Shown here piece by piece: positions 12,301 to 21,211 of a stretch of 61,494 nucleotides of DNA. The stretch is taken from positions 1 to 61,494 of the IMG/VR virus record IMGVR_UViG_3300030099_003489, one strand, 5' to 3'. Position 1 is the first letter of the stretch, and every line of letters starts with the position of its first letter. Source of the DNA: a virus (lineage: Duplodnaviria; Caudoviricetes). The notes beneath the pieces are model-generated. The model saw nothing but the letters and a program-made list of their open reading frames with translations, was not told the DNA's origin and searched no databases. The translations under genes were made by a program, and so were the position numbers.

Positions 12301-13491
12301 ACTACCTAAATTTAGAATTGTATCATTAAATCTACTCTGAGTTCTAAACACTACATTAGTACAAGTCTTTCCTACTTTGTTAACTTGATTTCCAGAAAAA
12401 GGATTGATGGTTTGTCTAGCAAAATCAAGAAAAAATCTGTAGTCTGAACCACTAGTGTATTTTTGTTTTATATTTCCTAGAAGACTTCCATCTACATTGC
12501 TCCACAGTGATTGTCCTTCAACTAACTTTTCCCAATTAGTTTGTGATAATTGATAGTACTTGCTTGTGCTACCTGCTTCAAATTGTGCAAGTGTTCCAAC
12601 TATATCTGTGATACTAGTAGTGGTGTTTTCCCACCATCTCAAGTGAGTAGCGTTGTACTTGGTCATGTAATCTAATTGATTTTTCTCATCCAGTCTATCA
12701 TTATAGAAATACCAAGTAGGCAAACTACAAATATTTACTCTATCGTATTTAGGTGTAGTAGCACTAGTATCTCCTCTCAATCCATAACTAACAGCAACGA
12801 CACTTGTATCTGTTTTTGCTGGACCCTTGTATATCTCAAATTTGGTGTTCTTTGGTATGGCTGTAGGATATGATGGGCTAAATTCCAATCCATCTCCAAA
12901 TGTATCAAATGTGGTTATTCTAGTTATTTTAGCAAAGTGTGGTCTAACTTTATCATTACCTGCTTCAACTATCTGTGGATTAATTAGAATAAAATAATCA
13001 TAGTTTTCAACGTCTAGTCCTATCTCATCACTGTTAGGATAATTGCTAGTTGAATATATTAATCTTCTATTTGTCTCACTATTTGTTGTTGATATCTCTG
13101 AATCCATGACTTTTATTTTAAAGGCAGGAGTTTCTTCATTACAATTCGCATAACTTGCTAGGTTTTCGTTAGTAGGTAGAATTCTATTTCCTATCCTATC
13201 TGTTCCATCATTTGATATTGAGATAGCCCTAGAAGTATTTCTGATTTCCATAAAGTTAGCAGAATTTTTTAGAACGTCATGTCCTGTTTGATTATGTTGT
13301 ATGTTATTTTCATACTTTAGATTATTTTGAACAAAAGTAGGATTGACAGAGACACTAGTGTACGCTTTACTTTCATGAGCCGTGTGACTATCATAATCAT
13401 ATGTGCTTCCATCTACTATGATATCTTCATGTATACCTGAATTTAAAGGAAAAATTACTCGTCCAAAGTTTTCTTGCGTACCCATGTTCAA
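6385..13491 (-). CDS. Giant tail-tip/baseplate hub-like protein (2368 aa)
   Basis: S/T/N/G-rich; C-terminal DPTIKTKTDAEIRAVELL...LEAGDIVRLNFP resembles tail hub/central fibre proteins; located downstream of the tape measure. Confidence 0.65.
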   Translation of the reverse strand: MNMGTQENFGRVIFPLNSGIHEDIIVDGSTYDYDSHTAHESKAYTSVSVNPTFVQNNLKYENNIQHNQTGHDVLKNSANFMEIRNTSRAISISNDGTDRIGNRILPTNENLASYANCNEETPAFKIKVMDSEISTTNSETNRRLIYSTSNYPNSDEIGLDVENYDYFILINPQIVEAGNDKVRPHFAKITRITTFDTFGDGLEFSPSYPTAIPKNTKFEIYKGPAKTDTSVVAVSYGLRGDTSATTPKYDRVNICSLPTWYFYNDRLDEKNQLDYMTKYNATHLRWWENTTTSITDIVGTLAQFEAGSTSKYYQLSQTNWEKLVEGQSLWSNVDGSLLGNIKQKYTSGSDYRFFLDFARQTINPFSGNQVNKVGKTCTNVVFRTQSRFNDTILNLGSDKLDAVLVDTNKTDDYEITDAHKWNTSFPRMHRHTGNLISDTSNSLDGNLTGPAKYITFEKGDFKNNKLPLMQSANVNSPRNKMSQLASFSMLDSSGLAHLKVKEEDRLLVQRNIYNSNMKYYPVEGKASSVTGTADNIEMKEISKEFDLRHKLSTDDIIEVDGYLYVVHTVFAQSGGTQKIKVKDSKLKSATTWSGSSNVHSISQKTLFVPPYTGVLNYDLVSDTEIDYTTDRITIDGVTIDKNNAKLNDARLVFVTNTSHNNLLDITDKNNKFAKIQDTTRTFYQRSNESKDRFYYYSGGYAISDTAFDGIIENANSKTEMGMTTYSINGRDETSKLISQTINKNTAVLSDIHHSSHDPIVNNVTELSVGTISVNGSVLTYGGTTSGITLKPFGILLNHDGKYVGEIKSFTTSPKEITLFRPPQVTFNNSGVNLKYYHPYTYLSTDTTHTTYITGTKALGSNPNITDGIADLSVSGRGLVFDGGVRLISPDSANAYYTNSTFTTDKLVGTSNTGGVLKDKTLGYDITSPKNIDANDSNFAIKIGNENGVSVTHNSVGTVKQETFDVVTINEKIEGGTTISVAPTFPVVMGRVASNSSDTRGNCSLYFVNANLNTGGFVHKLGVGNSYNDHIDGNCIRYWDFQKINPGTINRKYDSIYNFGVSPQKIQGYAVGYGVRADGSTISVTSSNTNRPINGSNTLDGWNYLGNFYGPYDSSTTPDTPNLIKSYYPNALNTGDPFEYDIDYEAFEQIDSRTDYYDWFGIGDLLPASNNRNNNLGYHTLNYEDFSMLLESDEDEVGDTVIHEEYVGTTRQTAKSENNFESVSISSATQTTNQISRFGVIRLVEATFDWHFNPVDLENTLASESIPTIPYFDYVMFENPDQLTGKTIQLRETDGANVNVSSTNITTQTLGDMFYTTDYMGSNPFREHTTLTGSPDQINGFIAVKESGSSGSFNTDSGNNNLIDASTLSGTGHTEIYNDIWQFDGYDDGGTIKYYGVQPFYVYTNQSFLLDKISKPSSSTNHMTVNRSNRRHDFRFTDVYITRPFTHTGIFEFANLEDNGEAFSAHNIILPLIVGELSDDSTYENKEISPFHHPDNWANQNTNWLHTSRVINALVGAKFGADSGTTISHQDKYGLGYGTYPFAHPYEGCIGVFKDVKVAMTDNTIDPGTIEITSAPLALDTNANYVDYVAEATNANLDQHDRNVQVAEYDANNTVAMIGTRTESHFLSEKKAISTDTQENHHTEFASDAANEGLVVSAQMAIKPVFQLKAATSGGSNYVVGATDTSLAFPNGTNTSIGDTMVFTLNNSSKHTFLSFLPNLTGYYLVSESKANGGDLRNSTRIDAPRAITRITSHTVSTAPTISNHETHTIKIDVPLRPIFSSTHKFRLMRPSEVTFNGEENSIRFNVMEPVSRFTRSSFLTGESGADTDSVSGAVHHYRESLYQMFLLLDVDGVPQTENTLTNDGYTTQSGHMNYDNSTIDVREPTQAAHKFKRTGTTLVQKTMNVTDGLNSSVKNITFTDFFPLDRDSSTAFDTSINFTKIPGLGMKFDGQLFGNGVVSFGEVFDIALSRRPKLKNIKKCHIGTGFTVASNVNDEIENLVKGVGLEYDDLRSFITPTGNIVSSATSNTVVCSATPEDISAGDVLYTHDGHLVGEIQGISSQTITFTTNLKFTPIQHDELIKINKKTYVSALKFDDVNLFTAINALAVKNGLDYNIRNGKFSARNIEDTSSLRKYALSYAESDRLISVENNTSLFDTANKAVIIGDRIKYELERSTNTQTRVIQEVDPTIKTKTDAEIRAVELLKLHNKKHRKITIKVHKQGLELLEAGDIVRLNFPNHDIPNDDYIVFEITNVLTGVLTMTVGTFDKSIAERLSELNTKQSDGFSSLFQKDSMKISAGKHLSDAINIKNVRLSYVVTGSSNALSYNSNMGFDDLVGFTEEVGFEHSTVTKKSYGDKFYEQDDYGGTVE

Positions 13492-16253
13492 CCCTCAAAT
13501 TTGTAATAAAAAAGAATGTCACTATAACTTGGTGAAAGCGTCTTCAATGTTGTAGTGGGTATCTTGTTCTTAGTCATTGCAATTTCATATATCTCACCAA
13601 AGAATTGTTCCGCGTTAGAAGAACCCCTACCTATTTGACAATCACTAGCATCTAATTGCCATGTCGTTAATGTATGAGATTCCTTGACTAGTAGTTCATT
13701 ATCCATCCACAGTTCTATACTACCATTCTTGTGGTAAACTAGGCATATTTTATACATGTCCTCTAAGTAAAATGCTTCCTTTAGGTGGTCGGTGTATATT
13801 GTAGATGTAATATTAGTTGCAGGTGTATCTGTTAGAGCAATAGTAGTACCAGATACACTAGAAACGGTTCCAATCAATTTAGAAGAAGAATCGTATATCT
13901 TGTTTCCCTTTCCTATCTCTGAGGCTTCTCCTGAAGATACCTCTATGTCGTTGTTATTTGTTGCTGAGAAGTTACTAACTGAGGCTCCAGAACTTATTCC
14001 CGCTAAAGACATAACTGCACTACCCATAGCGGGTACATTTAATTTACAAGTCAAAACATTGCTAGAATCAGTTGTTATTATTGTGCCATTATGTCCATTA
14101 GTGCTATCTATTGCGACTTCTAGGTTTGCCGTTGTAGTATTGTTATCAGTCTCTCTCTTGAAATAGACATAACCATTTCCTGATGTTCCGTTTGCTCTTG
14201 TTGTGTCTGCTTTGTACTTCCTCAAAGTACCTTGTGAATCTGTTATTGAGATGTAAGCATCTGGTGTAGCACCATTGCTAAAATCAGTATCAGCGATGTT
14301 GGCTAAATTGTTTTGATTTATGCTAGTATTTCCGGCGGTTCCAGCAATATTTTGTGTTAGAGTTAATGTTCCTGATGAATTACTTACAAGTATGCTTCCA
14401 TTATGCCCATTAGCGTGTTCTATGGCCGTTTCTAGGTTAGCGGCAGTAGCAGTAGCATCTGCTCCTACTTGAAAGGCTACAGCCCCTGAAACAGACCCTA
14501 TTGTTTGAGTAGTAGCAGTAGCGATAGCATCTCCATTTGCTACAGGAACATACTTCTTTGTAACCGCAGAACCTGCCGCATCGGTCAACTCAATGAATGG
14601 AGTGTTTGTCTGATTGGCTTCATTCGTTCCTCCTGTAAAGTTACTACCAGAAATAGTAGCAACACTATCAGCAGTATTTGTTTTTGCTAGAGTTGCACTA
14701 TTGCCAGCAGTTCCTGTCAAATCATGGGTTAGCGTAATTACATTGTTAACTCTAGTTGCAGTAATTGTAGAACCATGCCCATTACCTGCATTTATTGCAG
14801 ATGTTAATGCCGCCGCCGCATTATTGTTATTACCACCCGAAGCCCATCTAAAATATCTTACAGAAACCGTACTTCCATCATCTAAGGTTCTAGTTCCTGT
14901 AGATGCAGTTGCTTGATTCGTGTTATCATGTGAAGGAAAGTAATTGCGAGTGTTTCCTGCACTATCTGTAATTGTAATATAATTGATGTTAGAATCAGCA
15001 GTATGCCCTGTAGTTTCACCCTGAATTAATTCATTTGCTCCACCACTTATCTGAACTCTAGTTATTTGGTTTGGTAAGCCGCTTCCTAGTGTAATATCAC
15101 CGTCTGCTCCTTTTCTGTTGGGCGCAGAACCAAATATGGCTCCAGTAAAACTAACAGTATTCGTAGGTGGAGATAGACTTGTATCAAATGGGTCTGCGCC
15201 AGCAGAAGCAGTACCTTTCCAACCATTGTCATATGCATTTATCGCATTTGCTAGATTAGTTACTAAGACCGATACATCAGTTGACCTTGTGTATGCTCTT
15301 GCACCTGCGGGCCAACTACCTCCTGTTAATGCGGCTCCATTCGTTGCTCCATCTACTGCAAACCACTTTGTCACAACTGAGCCATCTTCATTTGTTATCT
15401 GTATAAATTCAGTAGTATCAGTATGTGTAGCAGAATCAGGAATGGCTCCAAATTTGATGTGACCTCCTGTGCTTCCTGCCGGAAAAACATCGGTCTTGAA
15501 ATTAGCCTGACCTGCTATGGTTATCGTAGAAGTTGCTTGAATAGGAGAAACATAGTGAGTTGGTGTTCCACTGACCACTATTTGTCCAGTAGCCTTAACA
15601 TCTACGGGAAGATTATTGAAGTTACTTATTGTTATAGTTCCTTGCGGATTGCTACCTGTAGCACTAGTGGATACTCTTTGGTAAGATGTGCTTGCTATGT
15701 CATAATATGCAGAGGAATCATAGTAATTTCGTAGTGTTCCCACTGGCTTAATTACAGTATCAGATTGTATTATCTTTGTGACACCACCAGAAGTAACCTC
15801 TGCTACTATCTTGTATTCTGCGGGTTGGTTGTAAGAACTGCTAGTCGTGTTTTGTAAGTATAACTTTAGGTTGGTGTTGTGAAACAACATTAGTTTGTGA
15901 GTCAAATAAGCCGCAGATGTGCCTTCGCCTAGATATCCTACGCTTTCATATGTACTACTTCTATCGGATAGGGTATCGTTCGGATATGGTGGAGTCTTAG
16001 TAGAATCTAGAATGCCGTGCCTACCCGCAGTACCGCTTCCTATACCATTTACATCATATGGAGTAATTAGGGCTTCTAATGTAAATGTGTCTTTATGTGC
16101 CCATAGTGGTCTTAATCTCGCACTAGCGGCACTAGTGCTACTATCGCTACCTACAGTAACAGGTTCATCATGATTAATATTCAAGTAGCCCTTACACAAC
16201 AGGGGAAAAACCAATTTGTATGGTTTACCAACATATGCACTAACCATGTTCAC
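13488..16253 (-). CDS. Tail protein with split LamG/ConA-like domain and internal ~100-aa repeats
   Basis: N-terminal FTLEALITP and C-terminal ICLVYHKNGSIELWMDN...QIGRG...FFGEIYEIAM LamG-like motifs; four repeats of I.ITD..G...Y...AIN..NGH.G.I. Confidence 0.65.
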   Translation of the reverse strand: MNMVSAYVGKPYKLVFPLLCKGYLNINHDEPVTVGSDSSTSAASARLRPLWAHKDTFTLEALITPYDVNGIGSGTAGRHGILDSTKTPPYPNDTLSDRSSTYESVGYLGEGTSAAYLTHKLMLFHNTNLKLYLQNTTSSSYNQPAEYKIVAEVTSGGVTKIIQSDTVIKPVGTLRNYYDSSAYYDIASTSYQRVSTSATGSNPQGTITISNFNNLPVDVKATGQIVVSGTPTHYVSPIQATSTITIAGQANFKTDVFPAGSTGGHIKFGAIPDSATHTDTTEFIQITNEDGSVVTKWFAVDGATNGAALTGGSWPAGARAYTRSTDVSVLVTNLANAINAYDNGWKGTASAGADPFDTSLSPPTNTVSFTGAIFGSAPNRKGADGDITLGSGLPNQITRVQISGGANELIQGETTGHTADSNINYITITDSAGNTRNYFPSHDNTNQATASTGTRTLDDGSTVSVRYFRWASGGNNNNAAAALTSAINAGNGHGSTITATRVNNVITLTHDLTGTAGNSATLAKTNTADSVATISGSNFTGGTNEANQTNTPFIELTDAAGSAVTKKYVPVANGDAIATATTQTIGSVSGAVAFQVGADATATAANLETAIEHANGHNGSILVSNSSGTLTLTQNIAGTAGNTSINQNNLANIADTDFSNGATPDAYISITDSQGTLRKYKADTTRANGTSGNGYVYFKRETDNNTTTANLEVAIDSTNGHNGTIITTDSSNVLTCKLNVPAMGSAVMSLAGISSGASVSNFSATNNNDIEVSSGEASEIGKGNKIYDSSSKLIGTVSSVSGTTIALTDTPATNITSTIYTDHLKEAFYLEDMYKICLVYHKNGSIELWMDNELLVKESHTLTTWQLDASDCQIGRGSSNAEQFFGEIYEIAMTKNKIPTTTLKTLSPSYSDILFYYKFEG

Positions 16254-16960
16254 CCATCCAAGAAATTGTCTGACAACACAACGGCCTCTTCAAATTCTAG
16301 ACTGAAACTAACATTAGGAAACTCAGCACCAGAAATATTAGTGCTAAATGAACGTATAAAACCAGTTAATCCTACAGTTCCGTCTATTGTTTCATCAGAC
16401 TCATTTACTGTAAATGGTGTGAAGAATTTTGCATTTGCACCAAGAGATGCAAAGTCGTTGTCATATCCCCTATTCTTGAAAGTAAATGGAATCAATGGCA
16501 ATACCTCTATGTCATCGTTCTCAGCAGTACCATTATGATAGGCAAAGTTCTCATCTACCCTACTAGGAATCAGAACAATTAATCTGTTTAGGTTCTGGTC
16601 ATCTTGAAACGTACTTGAATCTACATAGGAATGTATGAGTTGCGCCATTTCATATGCAGTTAACCTTACGTTATCCTTTAGGCTATTAGCATCCTTCTGC
16701 TTTGATATTCTTTGGTCCATCAGCATCCCACTTAGACTCAGGTTCTTTCCTGCTTGACCTACATCGAAAGCGAGGTTGAGAGACTCACCTCTAACTGCAC
16801 CAGAGAATGGAACACCTGCGTTTATCACAAGTTTAGATGTGGAGATACTGATGTTATCCACAAATAGAGGAATACGGTTAACGTGACCGCTTCCTATGTC
16901 ATTTCTTCTACCTAGTTCCAAGAAACACTTGAAGTTCTGACCCTTGAAACCCTGTGACAT
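16250..16960 (-). CDS. Putative distal tail protein
   Basis: 236 aa immediately after the tape measure; ends in FSLEFEEA-type beta strands. Confidence 0.5.
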   Translation of the reverse strand: MSQGFKGQNFKCFLELGRRNDIGSGHVNRIPLFVDNISISTSKLVINAGVPFSGAVRGESLNLAFDVGQAGKNLSLSGMLMDQRISKQKDANSLKDNVRLTAYEMAQLIHSYVDSSTFQDDQNLNRLIVLIPSRVDENFAYHNGTAENDDIEVLPLIPFTFKNRGYDNDFASLGANAKFFTPFTVNESDETIDGTVGLTGFIRSFSTNISGAEFPNVSFSLEFEEAVVLSDNFLDG

Positions 16961-18375
16961 TATGCAAACCTCACAGTTGAACTACTTGTTCTGTTGACCT
17001 GAGTGTTGATTTCCCTTGCGACCTTGTTTGCTATGTCTCGTATTTCCATGTCTGATGCTCCAACTCTTCCTGTTACATTCACATTGATGACAGTTCCACC
17101 CATTCCTCTACTAGCAAAGTTAGAATGAACTCTAGCCCCTCTTGGTAATGATACTAGTTCTGGTCCACCCTCACCGACTATTGCCATACCAGAATTTGCC
17201 ATTACTCCGCCACTAGCAAATGTGTTCATATTCTGTCCTGCGGCCATCCTTTGCAAGAAGTGATTTCCTTGAGAGGCTCTTATTCCTCCATAAATAAGAC
17301 TCCCTTGTGCTATTTTATCCAATTGGTTCAGCCTCTTCTTAACACCGGATGATTTTTCTCCTAGATATTTGTCTATGGCTAGTCCAATGTCCTCGGCTAA
17401 TCCACCACTTACAACATAATCCTTTAACTCTACAAATTTCTCAAGGGCAAATTGTCCAACTACCTTTAGTAGTGCCATTATTCCTTCTCCTATAGGTACG
17501 AGAACTTTAGTGAGGTAGATTTTAAGTGCTTCTATTGGTTTTCCTTCAAAGATAGCAATCATCAACTCCTTTACTCCGCCTAGAATAGTAATTATCCTAT
17601 CTCTAGCATTAGCAAACTTCTGTCTTTGCTCTGGTGTTAGATTACGTACATATCCTACACCCCAACGTAGGATTTTGAACAGTAATGGAGCCAGTAGAAT
17701 AAGCAAGCCGAAACCGAATAATAACTTACCAAACACCATTAATCCTTTGAACAAGAAACTCGGTAACGCTTTGAAGGCTTTTTTGATATTGTCAAATTGT
17801 CTAGCAATCTTACCCATAAACCCCTGTTCTTTGTATTTTTCTTCTTTGACGTATGCTTCTATTTGAGCATCTAATTGGTCTTGTTGTATCTTAATCATGT
17901 CATCAAATTGTTTCTTGGTTGCCTCCATTGCAGATAAACCACCTAGAGATGCACCGCCTTGTTTCAAACGTTGATTGAGGGCTAATCTATCCTGAAATTC
18001 CTTTCCTTCCATTATTTCTAATGCGGCTTTCTTTTCTTCTAATCCCGTTAAGGCAGAACCATCTCTTTTGAACAGGCCCGTTTCTGGTATTTTCTTTGAT
18101 ATTTTAACAAAGTCTTCTGAGGCTTTTGTTAATTCTTTTTGTCTGTCTAATGCTCTTTTTTGAGTATCATACATCAAGATAAAACCATCATTTATTCCCT
18201 TCAATTTGTTTGATATTTTCCAAAAAGGACTACCTACGAACAATCTGTTCATCATAATCCAAGTACGGCTTTTTGCAATCTGCTTGTTAAACGAAAATGT
18301 TAGTTTATCAGTAGAACCTGCTAAGGCTTCGTTAGCCGCCGCCATGTTGTAGATTTCTTTTGTCTCATCCGCCAC
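16960..18375 (-). CDS. Tape measure protein
   Basis: Helical, with a central hydrophobic segment; C-terminal FASGG...IVGEGGPELV.LPRGA.V motif typical of tape measures; follows the chaperone pair. Confidence 0.75.
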   Translation of the reverse strand: MADETKEIYNMAAANEALAGSTDKLTFSFNKQIAKSRTWIMMNRLFVGSPFWKISNKLKGINDGFILMYDTQKRALDRQKELTKASEDFVKISKKIPETGLFKRDGSALTGLEEKKAALEIMEGKEFQDRLALNQRLKQGGASLGGLSAMEATKKQFDDMIKIQQDQLDAQIEAYVKEEKYKEQGFMGKIARQFDNIKKAFKALPSFLFKGLMVFGKLLFGFGLLILLAPLLFKILRWGVGYVRNLTPEQRQKFANARDRIITILGGVKELMIAIFEGKPIEALKIYLTKVLVPIGEGIMALLKVVGQFALEKFVELKDYVVSGGLAEDIGLAIDKYLGEKSSGVKKRLNQLDKIAQGSLIYGGIRASQGNHFLQRMAAGQNMNTFASGGVMANSGMAIVGEGGPELVSLPRGARVHSNFASRGMGGTVINVNVTGRVGASDMEIRDIANKVAREINTQVNRTSSSTVRFA

Positions 18376-18595
18376 TCTTTACCCTCCGTTTGATATTGTC
18401 TAACTCATCTGCTTGCATTTTCTCCGCTTCCCCATGTATGAGTAACATGTCTATCAACAAAGGCAACGGTGTATGTCGCGCTTCATTGGGACTGATGTTG
18501 AATGTTCTACAGTAGGTATACAATAGAATCTGCATACCTACTTTCAAATCAGTCTGTCTGCCTTGTAATCCCTTACGGATTAGTTGGCTTTTTTT
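18365..18595 (-). CDS. Tail assembly chaperone GT, -1 frameshift extension
   Basis: The -1 frame is open from the A7 run: KKSQLIRKGLQGRQTDLKVGMQILLYTYC...KSGG*. Confidence 0.75.
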   Translation of the reverse strand, partial: KKSQLIRKGLQGRQTDLKVGMQILLYTYCRTFNISPNEARHTPLPLLIDMLLIHGEAEKMQADELDNIKRRVKSGG

Positions 18596-18936
18596 GTATC
18601 AGCCTCCATCATCTCACCAAAGGGATTCGGAAGAACTTCCTTCAATTGTGACCCAATATAGGGACTCAATCTCAGCATTTCTATGGGAGACAACGAAGGT
18701 TCTGTTTTCTCAACGAACTCTTCTATCATATAACGATACATTTTATCCATGTTGATGTCAAGTTGTTGATTACCATCAACTTTCATCAAGGTTCCAAGTG
18801 CTTGTTCCACTTGAAGCCATGTGGGTTCCTTCACCCACACTTTCAATATATCGTCTGAATCAGGGCTAACCCTCAATTCATGGCATTCGGTATCACTTTT
18901 GGCAAATAGCCTACTCTTATCTTCTACTACTTTCAT
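18580..18936 (-). CDS. Tail assembly chaperone G (start reassigned to MKVVEDK)
   Basis: Lies between tube and tape measure; GGTGG RBS before ATG 18936; ends in a slippery run ACA AAA AAA GCC AAC TAA. Confidence 0.75.
   Translation of the reverse strand: MKVVEDKSRLFAKSDTECHELRVSPDSDDILKVWVKEPTWLQVEQALGTLMKVDGNQQLDINMDKMYRYMIEEFVEKTEPSLSPIEMLRLSPYIGSQLKEVLPNPFGEMMEADTKKAN
18589..18595 (-). other. -1 ribosomal frameshift slippery heptamer A_AAA_AAA
   Basis: X XXY YYZ heptamer two codons before the G stop; the -1 frame joins ORF 18365..18547. Confidence 0.75.
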
Positions 18937-18990
18937 GTTTCTTTCCACCTTCATAAAACCAACAAACAAACAATGTTGGTGGAAACTAAT

Positions 18991-19017
18991 GGGTATTCTT
19001 TTGCTTTTTGAATACCC
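18991..19017 (-). terminator. Hairpin just after the tail tube gene (terminator/processing element)
   Basis: GGGTATTC-N11-GAATACCC perfect 8-bp stem in the intergenic gap. Confidence 0.4.
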
Positions 19018-19019
19018 TC

Positions 19020-20663
19020 CTAATAATCTTGATTTATGATTGCCCACATTCCCTTGTACTTGCAAGAATGCAATGTTCTTGCTGATAGTGTTAGATTCAG
19101 TTCTACTGGTCCCTTGTCTTCTGGGAAGGGGAAATCTACTGATTGAGTTATGAAGTCCCTTAGTTCTATCTCTATGAAATCACCATCAGCAATGCCTACG
19201 TTCTCATCTGCTTGTAAGGTGTTGTCAGCATCCGAGTCAAACTCCAAATCCTTGCTGAATTTTAGTATTATCTTGTTGTCTGCACCTAGATGCTCTCCTT
19301 CCTGCCTAAGATAGTTGTAGATTTTCATGTCTGTTACAAGCATCGTGAAATTCAAATCGTAGGTTCTTTGTCCACCAATGTGTGCAGAAACCATGTCCTT
19401 GCTGTAATTTCCAATGTACCTGTGAGCAGTTAGGTTGTTATTGATAGTGAGACTTCCACTCTTTATCTTAGCCCAAGTTTGTCCATAAAGGGTGATTGTG
19501 CCGTCTGAGTAGAAATAAGGCTCTACGTTTCTATCTGGAGACATGGTGGCATTATCCCTGAAATTAGATAGTTTCTCCAGTTCATTCGTCTTACCGTTTC
19601 TAGGTGCGTATCCAGAGGGAACATCAAACAATCTTCTAGACATCAAATCCAGTGAACACTTGAGTTCCTGTCCTTCCTCAAAGTTCATGGTAAAAGTATT
19701 GATTTGACAACCCGTCACTATTCTTGTGAAGATATCTGCATATGGACTAGTATTATCTAGACCTCCTGTGAATCTTTGTGCGGCGGCTATATCCTCTTTC
19801 TCATAACTAACCTCGATTGCAAATGATGGAAGAGTTCCATCGTTTCTTTCGGTAAAGGTGTATAGCATGGCACTTGAACCCTCATCCGTGTCTAACTTCT
19901 CTAAGTCATTGTATGCCTCTAAAGCACCAGTCATTACTCCCTTAGTCCAAGTACTAGGGGCTGGAGGAAATATCTTGTTGCCTTCGATTCTGTATATTCT
20001 AGTGGTATCATGTGCGGGTACGGCAAATCCAGTGTATCCATCAGTAACTGCGGGTAAATCATCATCAGTTGTGTCAATGGATTCAATCCTACCCAATGCA
20101 TAATACAACCAAGCACCATGATTCATCGAGATATCCATTGATACACCTGTAACAGTGGAGCCTTTCTTGTATTGGTATGTGAGATTTCTAGTTCCGCCCA
20201 AAGCCAAGTTCATCTGTGCTATCTCAACTTCAAGTGAAGGAGGGGTGAAACTATTGACTAGACCTAGCCAATTGTCTGAGAGAAGAGAGGAAGTACCGTT
20301 TGTCGGGTTTACTGAGACACAGGGACTACCGTATGCTTCCAATGTAGCAGTTACACTAGTGGCATTGCCTGTATTTTCTCCCAATGCAACCTCTGCATTC
20401 TCATCAAAGGTGAAAGCAGTAGCAGTATTTGACTTAACCATGAAAGACATGGTTTTGCTTGAACCTGTGATTCTAATCATACAACCCTGATACAAATCTG
20501 GTACTAATACGTAGTTGTTAGTAAAATCTGCGTGAGGAGTCAATGTCGCTCCATCCAAATCTGCGTTGTTTCCCAAATATATGCTAGTTTCTGGAATGAA
20601 TGTAGCAGAAGCACCTGCACCCGACCACACCTCATTCTGAATTATACTGTTAGTTGTTGCCAT
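19020..20663 (-). CDS. Major tail tube protein
   Basis: 547 aa; GCQINTFTMNF, IKSGSLTINNNL...GGQRTYDLNFTM motifs like phage tube-2 family; precedes the G/GT chaperones. Confidence 0.7.
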   Translation of the reverse strand: MATTNSIIQNEVWSGAGASATFIPETSIYLGNNADLDGATLTPHADFTNNYVLVPDLYQGCMIRITGSSKTMSFMVKSNTATAFTFDENAEVALGENTGNATSVTATLEAYGSPCVSVNPTNGTSSLLSDNWLGLVNSFTPPSLEVEIAQMNLALGGTRNLTYQYKKGSTVTGVSMDISMNHGAWLYYALGRIESIDTTDDDLPAVTDGYTGFAVPAHDTTRIYRIEGNKIFPPAPSTWTKGVMTGALEAYNDLEKLDTDEGSSAMLYTFTERNDGTLPSFAIEVSYEKEDIAAAQRFTGGLDNTSPYADIFTRIVTGCQINTFTMNFEEGQELKCSLDLMSRRLFDVPSGYAPRNGKTNELEKLSNFRDNATMSPDRNVEPYFYSDGTITLYGQTWAKIKSGSLTINNNLTAHRYIGNYSKDMVSAHIGGQRTYDLNFTMLVTDMKIYNYLRQEGEHLGADNKIILKFSKDLEFDSDADNTLQADENVGIADGDFIEIELRDFITQSVDFPFPEDKGPVELNLTLSARTLHSCKYKGMWAIINQDY

Positions 20664-21211
20664 TACGCTACACCCCTACCCATTCGCTTCATCTCCACCG
20701 ATAACCTATAACCTAATAGTTTCTTTCCCCTATCATTTGCATCAGTTCGACTAGTTATTTTAATCGTATCGGCACTTTCTCTATATGTGGTTCCGCCTTC
20801 TGTAGTAGTTACCTGTGGTCGCAATGAATTGTTTTCTATGATATGCCTTACGATTCTATACAAATCTTGAAGCCTAGTTCTACCAGTAATCTTATTGCCA
20901 TCCGTGTTTACGAAGTCTCTACGGTATAGAACCCTTATGTGTACCGTAAAGGTAAACGTATCATTCCTGACTGAATGGTCAATAGTAGGGTAAGTGGTTG
21001 AGTTGCTATCCTCATAAATTACAATAATAGCACCACTATCCGCATCTGCTCTCCTTCCCTCATTTGCCTCAACTGAGCGTACATCAACGATTTGAGGAAC
21101 TGTTACTGCACCATGTATCTGATTAGCACTTGCTAACGCCACAGAGGAAGCAGACCAATTATCCTTGAGTAGCCTCACTAGAAAGGTTACTTCATCTAAT
21201 ATTACTACCAT
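20663..21211 (-). CDS. Putative tail terminator/completion protein
   Basis: 182 aa alpha/beta protein directly upstream of the tube gene. Confidence 0.55.
   Translation of the reverse strand: MVVILDEVTFLVRLLKDNWSASSVALASANQIHGAVTVPQIVDVRSVEANEGRRADADSGAIIVIYEDSNSTTYPTIDHSVRNDTFTFTVHIRVLYRRDFVNTDGNKITGRTRLQDLYRIVRHIIENNSLRPQVTTTEGGTTYRESADTIKITSRTDANDRGKKLLGYRLSVEMKRMGRGVA

Noticed and set aside
3-16253. Diversity-generating retroelement targeting tail proteins
   Set aside because: No reverse transcriptase and no template/variable repeat pair was seen; the fibre C-terminus lies outside the window.
18937-19065. Long N-terminal extensions given by the ORF track (also at 28559, 47936, 56711, 57071, 58390, 58962)
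   Set aside because: They overlap upstream genes, hairpins or promoter elements; downstream ATGs have better RBS or coupling.
19020-20663. Contractile tail sheath (suggested by the 547-aa size)
   Set aside because: The motifs and the position directly before the G/GT chaperones fit a tube protein with an extra domain; no separate tube gene or baseplate wedge genes were recognised.
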